A stretch of DNA of 64,000 nt, taken from contig MU053810.1 in assembly GCA_013239625.1 (NCBI GenBank), positions 1,871,518 to 1,935,517 of the forward strand, read 5' to 3'. Positions 36,428 through 49,068 of the stretch are shown in pieces. Made by a program: the position numbers and the translations under genes. The notes beneath the pieces were generated by a model. It did not search any database. It had not been told where the DNA came from and was given only the letters and a program-made list of their open reading frames with translations. Within the stretch, counting starts at the first letter, position 1, and every line of letters begins with the position of its first letter. This DNA is from Lama guanicoe (taxonomy: Eukaryota).

Positions 36428-37004
36428 GATGCAAAGATACACATAGTCACTTAAGTACTAATAATGAGCTATAAGAAACAAACTCAATAAGGATCTACAA
36501 GAGGTGTAAATAAAACATGGGATGTTGATATGAGAGGACCCTGTGAGGGTGTTAAACTGGATGGACTAGATCTTTATGCACGAATATGGCTCTATCTCCA
36601 AAACCATGTAAAGGGAAGAAAGGCGGAGAATGATCCGTCCATTATGAAATCATTTAAGACACGTGCAAATACAACACCTGTATACACTGATGTAAATGCA
36701 TTTTGCAGTTTTTCCATATTGTTTTGTGGGGTTACCTCGAGATAAGAAAGAAACGTATCTTGGCATGGGGGTCACATGGGAATTTGAGCTTATCTGGCAT
36801 ATTCAAGTATGCCAGATATTATATTAAGTAATATTTAAGAAAACATTTTGAACATACATGAAATGTTAATATTTGTCATTCTGGGCAGTGGTTATGTGAG
36901 CATTCATTAATCATTCTTTGAGATTCTCTAGATTTTTGATTTCCCCAAATCAAGATAGTCTTAGAGAAAAAAATACTCTTTTGTCGTTGTTGTTGTTTTG
37001 GAAA

Positions 37005-37170
37005 GTTTTTTAAATTTTAAAAATAATTTCAAACTCACAGAAAAGTTGCAGGAACAGTACAAAGAACTCCTATTGCCTTTTACCCAGATTCACCAGTCGC
37101 TTACATCTCCCCATTTGCTTCACCATTTCAACTCTCCCTGTCTCCCTACTATTTTGTTCTGAACCGAGAA
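37005..37170 (-). mobile_element. L1MC-like 3' terminus
   Basis: AAATAATTTCAAACTCACAGAAAAGTTGCAGGAACAGTACAAAGAACTCC..TTTACCCAGATTCACC. Confidence 0.75.
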
Positions 37171-38224
37171 AAAGAATATTCTAATTGGTTAGATACGAGC
37201 GGTCCAGACATTTCCGAGGAGACAGAAAACCTGCAGGTTTGGTTGTTGAAGTAGTCAGTGGCTTAAAACATGCAACGTTCAGAATAACACCTGGTGCATT
37301 CTTAGCCTTCACTATGTGTTTGCTGCTATGATTATTATAATTATCATAGGATTAGAAATAATACATGAAAAATGTGTGGCACTTCATTGGGATTTTATCA
37401 GCAACTGCTATGCAGCCTTAATTAAGAGTGTTTGACAATTTGAGAAAAAGAGAGAGGAAAGTTGGCTGTAAAATTAATATAAGCCATTGTGAATCAAAAT
37501 TCTCTTCCCCAGGCCTTCAACTATGTCCTCAACTTTTAATCAGGCTTTTCCAGATGTGTGGCATTAACTCTTCCTGTCCCCAAAGTTACCTTCAAGTTGT
37601 GGAAATGACATCATTTGCTGTAAAAAGAGGTTCAAAGCCTCCAACTGAGAATGTAATAATCTAAGCAGTCCACGTTCAGTCCTTGTGGGGCTTAGGTCGA
37701 GGTGTTGCAAGTTGCTGAAAGCCGATAAGTCTCTCTGAGAGCGGTCATTTACAATGCCCTTGTGGCCTGGCAGAGTTAATGCAGCCTTCAGTTGCCCTTA
37801 ATTATCTCCTGGAAGCAGCCTGAGCTCTGGGATAACCAGATTTATTGAGAACACACAAAGAGGTGAGGGCACTAATTACCCCCAAAGAGCATCTTGACTT
37901 CTTGTTGGTGTGGCTGAAATACATACCAGACCTTACCCTGGCGTTCATCAGTGTGCCCTGCTGATCCAAAACCCAATCCCCGTATTTAAATACATGGATC
38001 AATGGGAGATTAAAAGAAATCCAGATAGAAACACAGTTGGCAATTTCAAGTTCAAATAAAAGTGAATTTATCCCCCTTCACTCCAGCCGCTTCCACACAC
38101 ATTCTGCTAGCAATTTAAAAAGAGCACAGTTAAAAAATTTGAAGCCCAGCTATTATCTCAAAAGGAGAAGAGCAAAGAGGTTGCAACATAGATCCTATGG
38201 CCAAACTGTGTGCTTCGAAGTCTG

Positions 38225-38420
38225 CGTTTGAGACCCTCACCCACGTGACTGTGGGCAATTTATGCAACTTCTTGAATCTTCAGTTTACTTATCAGAAATA
38301 CAAGGACAGTAAAGGTGGCTTGTTCCTGGAATTGTCATGAGTCTTCATGAGTTAAGACAAATAAAGCACTTAGAACAGTGCCTGGTGTATAGTTACATGA
38401 CTGTTAGCTTTTGTTATTAC
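38225..38420 (+). mobile_element. MIR
   Basis: GTGACTGTGGGCAATT...CTTCAGTTT...AAAGCACTTAGAACAGTGCCTGG. Confidence 0.75.
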
Positions 38421-38499
38421 CATATAAACACTTTTAAATATCAACATGGCATTTTGTAGCTGATACACTTGCTTGTCCCAAATGTTACACCATTTAGAC

Positions 38500-38806
38500 C
38501 TGTGCTTTCCAATACGGTGGCCACTAGCCAGATGTGGGCATCAAACACTTGAAATGTGGCTGATCTGGCCTGAGATGGGCCATTAGTGTAAACCACACAT
38601 GGGCTTTCAAAAACTTAGTACAAAGAAAGAATGTAACATATCTCATTGATAATTTTCCAATTGATTGCATGCTTCCATGATACCATCTTGGAAATATTAC
38701 AGTAAACATAGTATTAAAATTAATGTTACCTGTACTTTTTTAAATGTCATTACTAGAAAATTTAAGATGACCTATGTGACTTACATAACATTTCCATCAG
38801 ACAGCT
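38500..38806 (-). mobile_element. MER33-like DNA transposon
   Basis: TCCAATACGGTGGCCACTAGCCAGATGTGG..AACACTTGAAATGTGGCT...ACTAGAAAATTTAA; opposite orientation to the copy at 2117. Confidence 0.8.
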
Positions 38807-39416
38807 TCTTTAGAACCAGATCAGGGAGGCTGTGGAAGTGACCCGCAGGAGTAGATCCTGACACAGGACCAGGAAGTCCCCAGGCACAGACTCCCTGCTC
38901 TCTGGGATCCTGCTCTCTCTTACCAGCTGATTGGACAGGGCAAGTCCACCATCTTCAGGCATCTGTCTCCTCATCTCTAACATAGAGAGGATTATAAGGG
39001 TACATTCCTCCTAGAGCATCCATAAATATTAACTATGACTCCATTACCATGGAGCTGATATGTGGAGGGAGAGAGAGGGAATGAAGCAGAGAGAAAGGGA
39101 AGCATGAGAGTTGTTGGGAAGAAAACGGATTCAAAAGGCTATTTTACATATAAAGTAACTGACTGAGAGAATAATTTGCCTTTGGTCAGACAACCAATTA
39201 GTGGCTGAGCCATGGGTAGAACTCAGGTATTACACCATCAGGCTCACCTTCACACCACTGAGTCCCACCTTCTTGTCTCTCACCTGCTTCTGATACTGGA
39301 TTAACTAAGGGGAAAATGGAGGAATCTCTGTGCTTTTAAAAACTGTTGCAGTGAAAGCTCCAGCATCTCTCTCTACTAAGGTCTGCCTCTGTAAGTGCTT
39401 CAGGATCTTCCTAAGA

Positions 39417-39740
39417 AGATATGGCAGAGATGTTGGAATTATCAGGCCAGTCATTGTAAACAACCATGATTAATGTGCTTATGGTGCAAATGGAAAAGGT
39501 GGACAACGTGTAAAAACAGATGAGTAATGTAAGCAGAGAGAGGGAAATTCTGAGACAAAATCAAGAGGAAATGCTGGAAATCAAAAACACTGTAACAGAA
39601 ATAAAGAACGCCTTTCATAGACTCATGAATAGACCAGACATGGTCAAAGAAAAAGTTAGTGAGACTGAAGGAAAAGGAGATTTTCGTTAAGAAACTGCAC
39701 TTACTAAAAAAAGAATAAATGCTGAACTCCAACATGGAAA
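39417..39740 (+). mobile_element. Old L1 ORF1 (coiled-coil region) fragment
   Basis: AGATGTTGGAATTATCAG...AATGTAAGCAGAGAG...GAAATGCTGGAAATCAAAAACACTGTAACAGAAATAAAGAACGCCTTT. Confidence 0.8.
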
Positions 39741-41429
39741 TTTGTAGAAAGTTAGAGCTGAGAAAAGATACTTGGCATTAGATCAATTCATTGAACATGA
39801 GATACACAGGATAGCTGCTAACTGGATTCAGTGGACTCCGGTTTTATAGAGCAAGCATCATCAGAATGGAATATTTACGGACACTTAATGACAAATATAT
39901 AATGTTTGCTATTTGATGAAATAATACTTGTTAGCTGATGAAATAATTTTAAAAGGATGCATTTGTTGGAACATTTTCATTAATGTGTCATCTGCCTGTA
40001 TTTATTTAGGATAAAGCACCTGCCTCTGTCATCCCCACTTTAATTTACTGCACACATATTAGCGCTCCTAAGAAAGCTACTTCCAGTAAGCTTTTATGAT
40101 GAAATTCCTAGGCTTTATAACTTATAATTAAATCTTGAATTTCCCCTGTTGGAGTCTATCTAAACCACCTACACCATCTTCCTTTCCAATCTCTCTACTT
40201 AGTCTTACGTTGTTAAGGCATATACTCAAACTCATCTTGGTGAAAACCTCTTCCAAAACTGGCCTCACAGATAAGGCAGTGGTCACTACGAAAACTCAAA
40301 ATAAATATTTACAAATTGACTTGAAGTTACAGGACTCCCTTTTAGGACTCTCAAAGAAAAAGATTCATAGACAAATTTAGTATCTTGAAAGCCCAAAATA
40401 TAACATTTAGGGAGCTTGTAAATACCTTTCTTAGGCAGGCTCTACAAGCTGCCTGGAATGAAGCAAATTTGAACTGTTGTCTTATTTAATAATTCACAAC
40501 ACACAGTGTTACCATTATTGACATTTGAACACAACACAAAAAACCTTTTGATCAATTGTTCATTTTCTCCAATTTGAGTCTTCCTGCAGTTTGACTTCTC
40601 TTGGTGCCCAGAAAAGGACAGAATACTGAAATTTTACTGAATTTTTATATGTGTCTTTTTCTAATTTGTTTTTAGGGAGTAGGTAGCCATTATATATTCT
40701 AGTCTGGCACTGCAAAGATCTCTGCTTCATTTTTAAAGTAAAATGGATGGGTATTTTACCAGATTAATCAATTAACTGCTTAATTAAACAAGTCACTGTA
40801 TGAGGAATATTCAATACCTTCCTACTTCAAAACCCTTCACAGGGGCCTCCAGGCGCTATGCTTGCCTTCAATGCCTCTCTCTCTATTCTTTGTATCCCTG
40901 TTAAAAAAAAAATGTTCTAATTCTGTGGGGCTCCCCACTATCCCCTGAAACTGAGGATCTCATTCTTCACCTTGGAATCTTCCACCACACAGACTGCTTG
41001 CTTTGCACAAAGTAGGTACTCAGTTATCATTTATGGTATTTCAGCTGGAGAGGAGAAACAGGAAGCATCTGACTCTCCCAAGGCGGTGAGTGTTGTGATG
41101 GCGTCTCACTCAGGCATCCCTTTTCTGGTAACAGCACCTACATTTTCTCCTGGAAGCTGGCCTGTTTCTGTTGGCCGCCATCTCCGAAGGACCATCATCC
41201 CAAACGCCATTGTCTCCCCAGCTAAGGGGTGGGCACGTGACCTAAGGCAGCTCAAACCCATTGCCCCTCCCGGGGATGCTTATCTGAGCCAAGCAACACA
41301 AATTTTGAAAACAACCGGTCCTCCTGTCTCTTTCCTCCCCTGTCCAGTGACCCCGAGCAAGGCCCTCTGAGGCTTTTCAAGCTGAGTCCGGCTTGAGTGC
41401 TTCTGCTACTGCCTGTCTCTCTAACCAGT

Positions 41430-41765
41430 GTCCTCCCCAAGACACCTCTGTGGTCTTCTCTCACATCGTAGTCCAGTCTTTGCTCAAAAGTCACCTCCTC
41501 AGGGACAACCTTCCTGACAACGCTATTTAAAATAGCACCGCGTCCCTGCCCTGACACTCTCTGTCCCTTTCCTTTGCTTTATTTCTTTCTCATTGCTGTT
41601 CTCACTACATGAAATTTCTGTGTACGTTTACTGGTTTACTTGTTCTTTTTCTCTCTCCTATGGGAGAAGGCAGGCACCTCATCTGTCTTGTTTATTGAGA
41701 AAAGTGTTTGCCCAGCATGTAGATAATAAAAAAATATGTTAAGTGGAGGAATGGATAAATGTCAC
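41430..41765 (+). mobile_element. L2a 3' fragment
   Basis: TCTTTGCTCAAAAGTCACCTCCTCAGGGACAACCTTCCTGAC..CTATTTAAAATAGCA...TCTGTCTTGTTTATTG. Confidence 0.75.
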
Positions 41766-42423
41766 CTAAATCCCTGACATTTCCCTGGTTCCTATATCCT
41801 TTCCTAAACCCTACTGATTGTTCAGCTTTTCCTTTCATTTTCCCAGCACATTTCTTTTCTCTTTCTTTTTGTTTTGTTATGTTTAAGATAAAGAATTTAA
41901 GTTTCTGATGTCAACCACTAAAGAACCCCAACGGACAGAGATCAAATGCAAAAGTACTTTTAACCGTGTTCTTGATACTTTTATCAAGCATTTCTGGCAC
42001 ATTTCTCACAGCATTTCTGGCACAAAACTATGCATAAAATTTGTAAGAGTTTTCCTCCCTTTCTTTGACTACTCCCTTCTAGTTAACATCAGTGATGGCT
42101 GCAGTAGACTAGAAAAATGCATCGAATACTCCCAGGCACATAGTAGGTACTCAATACACATTGGTTGAATGTTCTATTTGAATGGAAAAGGGCTACTGAA
42201 TAACTGACCATGCTTCTAGTAAAACTAGAGTCCCCTGGCACAAGAGCTGGGACCCGGCTGGTGGCTGAAAATTGCCACCCCAAACTGACCTGTGGGAGGG
42301 TATGTCATACGGAATGCTTTTATCAAGGAAATATGCCAACCCCCTCCTACTCCTTTGCCATGAATTAAGATGTTTGAGCTGGGTCTTGAGGCAGGCATTT
42401 GCTTCATGGAAAAAAGTGGACAT

Positions 42424-42860
42424 CTGAGCTAGTTTCCCCAGGGCTGCTGGACATAACACACTATCACAAACTCAGTGGCTTAAAACAACTGAAATATATC
42501 GTTTCACAGTCCTGGAGGTCAGAAATCTAAAATCAAGGTGTTGGCAGGGTGGAATCCTTCTGGAGGCTCTCAGGGAGAATCCACTCTCTCCTGGCTTCTG
42601 ACGGCTTTTTACAATCCACAGCGTTCCTTGACATATAGGTGCATCACTCTAATCTCTGTCTCCATCTTCACATGGTTTCCTTCTGTTTGTCTCTGTGTTT
42701 TCTGTCTCTTACAGGACACCCACATGTGGATTTGGAGCCCACCCTACTCCAGGAAGCTCTTATGATCCTTATCTTAATTACATCCCCAAGGATCCTTATT
42801 CCAAATAAGGTCGAATTTTGAGGTTCTAGGTGGAAATATATTTTGGGGCCACAATTTAGA
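42424..42860 (-). mobile_element. MLT1C-like LTR
   Basis: CACAAACTCAGTGGCTTAAAACAAC...CTGGAGGTCAGAAATCTAAAATCAAGGTGTTGGCAGGG...TTCCAAATAAGGTC. Confidence 0.9.
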
Positions 42861-44655
42861 GGGCACATTGCAACACATGGAGACATGAAGTGTCTGACAC
42901 AGTTGGTCAAACCCACAGTGAGATGTTCCATCTAGCTGGGAGATCCCACAGTACTGCAGCTGGGTAGAGATGAGGCTGGGGTGGAGATGGTTCCAGACTG
43001 GGAAGAATCTTAACATTCTTCTGTAGGTAACAGGGCATCAGAGGAGAACTTTCAGCAAGGAAGTGACATGCTCTGACTCCTTTGAGGGTTTGTGACTCTA
43101 GAAATAAAAAGGAAGATGCAATAGAATGAAGAGAAACTGATGGCACGAGCAGCAATGGTTGCTGGGAGACTCCTGGAAAAGTAAGTCCTCTGGCTTCACT
43201 GGTAGTTCTGCTGGAGAGAAACAGACAACGTGCTATGGGCTAGTTATCATCTGAGCTGAGAATTTACTCCCACATCTGCTTGCAACTTTCAATTTTGTTT
43301 TCCTTAGACCCATCATCATGTTCTAACTAACTCTGGAAAATAAATAAAACCCTTTTGACTTTAAATTAATGGGCAAATGCTAAACCAGAGATTGAAATTA
43401 CATCTACTTTATTCTGACAGATCAACCATTGAATAAGAGTATTAATATCAGATAGGTTAAAGAATTAATATCAATTGATGTAAACTATGAAATAAGTCAA
43501 TGATTCCTGAGTCAGTGTCTTACATTAGCTATTCCAAATACAGGTCTATGCCTTCTGATCAGCTGCTTACACAAACACATAATCAATGAGAGGCTCATAA
43601 AATGATTGCAATGCTGCCCTCATTATTGCTAGCAGCCATCGCCAGCTGCGTAACAAAACTTCCAATTGCATTCAGATTATTGCATTCGAATGCTTAAAAT
43701 TTCATGTTGTCAAAAAAAAGCAACATTATCAAAGGGAAATGAATATGATATAAATATATACTCACTTTTAGAAAAAATGTACAGCATTTCATTTCCATAA
43801 TAATTGCCAGGTTCTCTTGTTGAGAATCAAATTTCGTGTTAAGAAGAGTAGTTCTATTCACTTAGAGAATTTTGCAGACCAGAGCCAGGGTGGTTTCATT
43901 TCTGGGCAAATACTTTAAATTATTTTCAGAGAACTGCTTTTTAAATTTCGTTTCTAAGAAACATACTTTCTTCATAAAAGGATTTTAATGCTTTTTTGCT
44001 CCTTAAATTGCCCATCTTTTAGAACATTAATTGCCAATGTTTTATTTCATTATTTGTGCTTCATTTAGCTGCCTTAATAACTTAAGAATCCTTATGGAAA
44101 AATCTTCATAATTACTGCATAGTTGGGCTTTTTATTCTCAAGTTTCTACACACTCCCAGAACTAAGTTAGAAGAAAAAAAAAAGTTAAGCTTGTCACATT
44201 TTCATTATAAATTCATTTCTCAAGTATTATGTGTATGTATGTATTGAGTTTTTCCCTTGAAACTTCTACAACTTTTCTCTTTTAATTATAATATTCCTTT
44301 AGTTTTAATTCTGATAGTTTTGTGTCAGTTTCTCTAATCAAGTTTCATTTTAGATGCAGATTAATAATAAATTTTTCATGAGGCTTCTATAAGATGCTTA
44401 CAAAATCCATCATCTCTGCTCTTTGATAGTGAAGTTTAAAAATGATTACTAATTTACAACAGATGTTTCTATTTTTTTTGGAAAATCCAGAGTGTCCATG
44501 GATTGATGAGGGTACCAGAAAACTATGAAGGTTCAGGTCAATGTTACCTTTGGGGGTGGGGAGGATGGGATGGGATGGAAGCAGCATGAAGGAGAAGCAC
44601 ATGGGGGCTTCCTGGTGATTCCTAGTGCTCTATCTATTACACTGGATAAAAAATA

Positions 44656-45106
44656 CAAACATACTTCATTTTATTGCACTTCAGATATTGCATTTTTCAC
44701 AAAGTGAAGGTTTGTGATCACCCTGCATCGAGCAAGTCTATCAACATTATTTTTTCAACAAACAGCATTTGCTCACTGCATGTCTCTGTGTCACATTTTT
44801 TTTAATTCTCACAATATTTCAGACCTTTCATTATTATTATATTTGTTGTGGTCTCTGTAATCAGTGATCTTTGATACCATGGTAATTGCTTTGGTATTTT
44901 TTAGCAATAAAGTATCTTTTAATTATGGTGTGTAGTTTTTTTTTTTTAAGATATAATGCTTTTGTCACTTAATAGACTACAGGATAACATACACATAACT
45001 TGTATGCATTGGGAAACCAAAGAGTTCATGTGACTCACTTTATTGTGAAATTTGCTCTGTTGTGGTGGTCTGGAACTAAACCTGTGATATCTCTGAGGTA
45101 TCTATG
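44656..45106 (+). mobile_element. Internally deleted Tigger1 (Tc1/mariner-pogo) non-autonomous element
   Basis: Tigger1 left end (CATACTTCATTTTATTGCACTTCAGATATTGC...GAGCAAGTCTATC) is joined at ~44894 to the right end (TTTTTAGCAATAAAGTA...GGTGGTCTGGAAC..ATATCTCTGAGGTAT). Confidence 0.88.
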
Positions 45107-45550
45107 GTGTATGCTTTTTATTCCTACTATTTAGACACTTTATATGTTTTAGGTATATGTATTTGTACGTATTCAATATTTAGTGAAGATAATTTTTCCA
45201 AAAGAAGAATCAACATGTACCAGAAGGGAAAAATGTGCTGGTCCCTTGTAAGAAAGTAGGGTACGTGGCCACCTTAACTAGTTTACGAGTCGAGTAAATA
45301 TAACTTTTAAATATCTTTCTATAACGCTATTGTAATCTTCGATTCATTTAAAACTTAAACATGCCAATGCAACAACGACAAAATATAAAGCAGCAGGCTT
45401 TCAAGTTGGACCAATTTCATTCACTCTTCAGGAAGCTCAATGAAAAAAACCCATTATTTTAGCAAAATCAAAAGAACTCAGAATACACGGCTTCATAAAA
45501 TATGCAACTTATGAAAATCTGAAGGAAATATGTTTAGGCTTTTAGTTTGT

Positions 45551-45553
<3 letters not shown>

Positions 45554-45587
<34 letters not shown>
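45554..45587. repeat. (GT)17 microsatellite
   Basis: Read directly. Confidence 0.97.
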
Positions 45588-45589
<2 letters not shown>

Positions 45590-45659
45590 CAATTTTGTTG
45601 CTGTTAGTTGTTTTTGGCTAAAGAATCTTCTGCAAAACATAGTCCCTAAAACTAAAGGG

Positions 45660-45905
45660 CATTAATAGGATTACATTCAAAAGGATTCTGTGGTCAAATA
45701 CTTGTGGGAAATATTTATGTAAGCAAGGTGAAACAGCGTTCTTTACCAGAAGGTGTCTCAGATTGTTAATTTGCTCACGTACCTCTTAAGTCTCTGAAGA
45801 CCAGGGTTGGGGGAGGTGTATGTCAGTGTGTAGGATTCCTGTATTTACTTCCATAGACCATTTTTCTGGATTAGTGTTCCACAAGACACATTTGGGATAC
45901 ACTGG
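45660..45905. mobile_element. MER103-like hAT element
   Basis: GATTCTGTGGTCAAATACTTGTGGGAAA...TAGTGTTCCACAAGACACATTTGGGATACACTG. Confidence 0.6.
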
Positions 45906-46959
45906 CCTGGAGGATGAAAAGTCATTTTGCTGTGGCTACCAGTCTTAAACTGATTGTTTTAGTGATGATTTAAAACAGGCTTTGTGTGTGTTAATTGCTA
46001 TCAACCAGGATTTGCTATCTTTTTCCAGCTCTAATTAGGTGGAAGTTACCATCTCAAATGAGCAATTAAAATTTTAAAAAGCCTGGTTCCTTGGTCACCT
46101 GACACGTAAGAATTCCACCAGGTCCTTTAAAATCACCAGGACAGAAAATCAAAATGCTGTTTGAATCTGGATGACAATGGCAGACCCTGGAGCCCAGGAG
46201 CCCTCCAAACATTTTGATACCAAATGCTTCACAATTGTCACCCAAAAGCCTTCTTCACAGGTGTTATTCTTCACAAGTCATGCAGTCTCATGAAAATGTT
46301 TCCATTCCACATCTTGTGGTTTTCCATTGTCAACTTTCTCTCTAAGGTCTCCCAGACCAAAATTCAACATGGCAGCCCTTTCGTTGGAAAGGCTGCTCTC
46401 TGAACACTCATTTATTGTTAGAGACTAAAAGCAGTCATGATTTGGCCACTCCTGTGAAACTGACAATGTTGGCAATGACTGAAAACTGTTACTGATTAAA
46501 ACTTTCCATCCTTTAGGTAAAAGGATTGCCTCGTCTTGTCATTTCAACTTGCAACTTCTTGGCTCGCCATTAATGATCTTTCTCAACTCATGAATTATAT
46601 CCAGTATATCCCCATGAATGGTGTGGTGATCAGAGAACTGTGATTTTGGTATAACCGATGGCTCCTCTCCAATGTGAATATATATGATTCTACAGAGACA
46701 GCATGTGCTTAGAGGAAAACTAGACTCAAAGAGTCTCAAACAGGATAAGGCTTGTGAAGAGGTGCTATTTATCTACTAAGCACATCCAATGACTGAATTT
46801 TTGCTCTAATTATCAGCTGGGACTAGAAGTGAATAACACTATCAATACCTCATGGAGTTGCTTTACTAAGGTCTTTATAGAGATAAACTGAGATCACTTA
46901 GATATATTCTGTGAAATGAGACCAACATATCTTTTAACTATCAGGCAATTCAAACATGG

Positions 46960-46981
46960 CTATATATATATATATATATAT
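46960..46981. repeat. (TA)n microsatellite
   Basis: Read directly. Confidence 0.95.
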
Positions 46982-48589
46982 GAATAAATATATATTCATA
47001 CATACACACATATAAACACATACTATATATAAAGTGCATGTGTGAGCAAGTGTATTTATATAGAAAGAGGGAGAGCGATTTTGACAAGCATGGTCAATTT
47101 CATTTCACTACTAAATCGGAGGGGGGGACATTTTGCTAGACATGGTTGAGGAAATGTATTGTTATCCATATCCTCTTTTTGTTTGCCTGAAGTTTTTTGT
47201 TTTTTTGTTTTTTTTGGCTACATCTCTTCTGTTACATTTAGCTCTTTGTCCTCTTCTCATAGAAAGAGCATCATTGTGTTGATCTCATTGGCATCTGCAA
47301 TACAGATCATTTTTATATAATCTCAAGAGTCAGTATGTATATAGGACTGAAATATCTGAGGCACACATTTGAAGACTGTACCCACTTTGCTTGCAGATGA
47401 AGTTGGCCCGCTGCTCGACATCACTTCTCCATGAGGTTTCGTTGTTCCAGATGCTTCATTTCAAAGGCACTGACACTCAGCATCCTTTATAGCATTTAAT
47501 GGAGTAAATTGTGAGCTATCGTTGCATTTATACATTGGGGAGTGTATCTCCCACTGCGCTATCTGCTAAGAATTATCCATCTCTGAATCCACAAATCCTC
47601 TGTATCTTTAGTAATTCCCCATAGAGCACCCCACATTGAGCAGATTCCCCCAGGCATTTTAACATCCTCTTCATGGGCAGCTGCCTGGAGTTTTACTATT
47701 ATCACATTTGAAGATCAGTAGAGTAGGGTCCATAGGCAGGAGTGTATTTTGTGTCTGGAGATCACTGAACCTTCCTCTACCGACCTAGGATAGAATGAAG
47801 GTGAGAACAGTTTCCTTCCCTCCTTGCGTCCAGAAACCTTGTCTTCTGGGTTCAGAGAGACACGATGGCTGAGCGAGTCCTGTGGGAGCTGTGGTTAATA
47901 ATCAATGTACTTCCCCATCTTATTAGAGCCTCACTCCCTTTGGGCTGACCTCTGAAGAGATGTGCAATATGTCTTTGTAAAACAGTTTCAAGAGGGGAAG
48001 TAAAAAACGAAATAGACATTAATAAAATCCCTGCCCTTCCTGGCAGCTAATATGTTCCAGCAGTTGACGGCCATCATATGAGATAATGGTCTCATGGATA
48101 AACATTGAGGTAGGAAAACAGAAAGAGGGAATTGGGATGGAACTTTCTTTCCACTCTTCGCCCCATAACAAAATAACAGTAACACCGTTGAACACCTCTG
48201 TTCCTGGCCCTGAGCTTGGAGCTTTCCATGGGGCCTGACACAGCCAGAGATTAATGAGGAAGGCTCCACTGTTATTTTATTGAGGGCGATATTCAGGAAA
48301 CCGAGACCCAGAGGAATTCAATAAATTGCTAAAGGTGGAGCCGGGACTGGAGATGCAGGCAGCGAACCCTCTGTCCCTTCACTGCCATCTCCATTCCCCC
48401 ACGGAGAGGGCAGAGACAGAGTGAGCCAGGCAAAGCAGAGGGGAACTCCGAGATGTTGACACAGTCTGGAAAAAACACTTAGAACATGACCGAAAGCCCT
48501 AGACAGGGAAAGTTTAGACCTGAAGGAAAAATGAACTCAACTTTCCCTCGCTGTCCTTCTGTGCCCTACTTCCTAAAATACTAAACCTA

Positions 48590-49068
48590 TGTGAATGAAA
48601 AATACTGCAAATTGTTATTAGTAAACAAAGAATGCTGAAGCCATCAAGTCATCAGTGGCTGCCACCACCCACCAGTGAAGACAAGCCTGCAGACTGGCCT
48701 CCAAGCCACTCACAATGGTACCCTCTGAGGGGAATCAGAATAAGAAAGGACAGGATATTGGCCTTAGATAACTCTATGCTTGTCAAAGGAATGAATTCAA
48801 TGAGCCCAAATGTTTACTTCCTCCCACACATAGAAAAGCACTAACTTCTTTAACTTGAGATGCCTGGTTTTCTTTAGTTAACAAGTAACCTTTTAATGTT
48901 CCAACGACCTGGTCTTTGTTGTAACGCTCCTATATATCCTAGCTCCTCCCCTACCTCTTCAGAGCAGTCCCTCAGAGCCATCTGAGAGGCTGTCATCCCG
49001 GCTCAATTTCTCCCACCAAATAAAACATACCTCTCAACTTTTAGGCTGTGCATTTACTTCAGTTGACA
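48590..49068 (+). mobile_element. Solo ERV1-class LTR
   Basis: TGTGAA...TTGACA termini, TATA-like TATATAT at 48931-48937, AATAAA at 49019-49024, and 4-bp flanks CCTA/CCCA (TSD with one mismatch). Confidence 0.85.
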
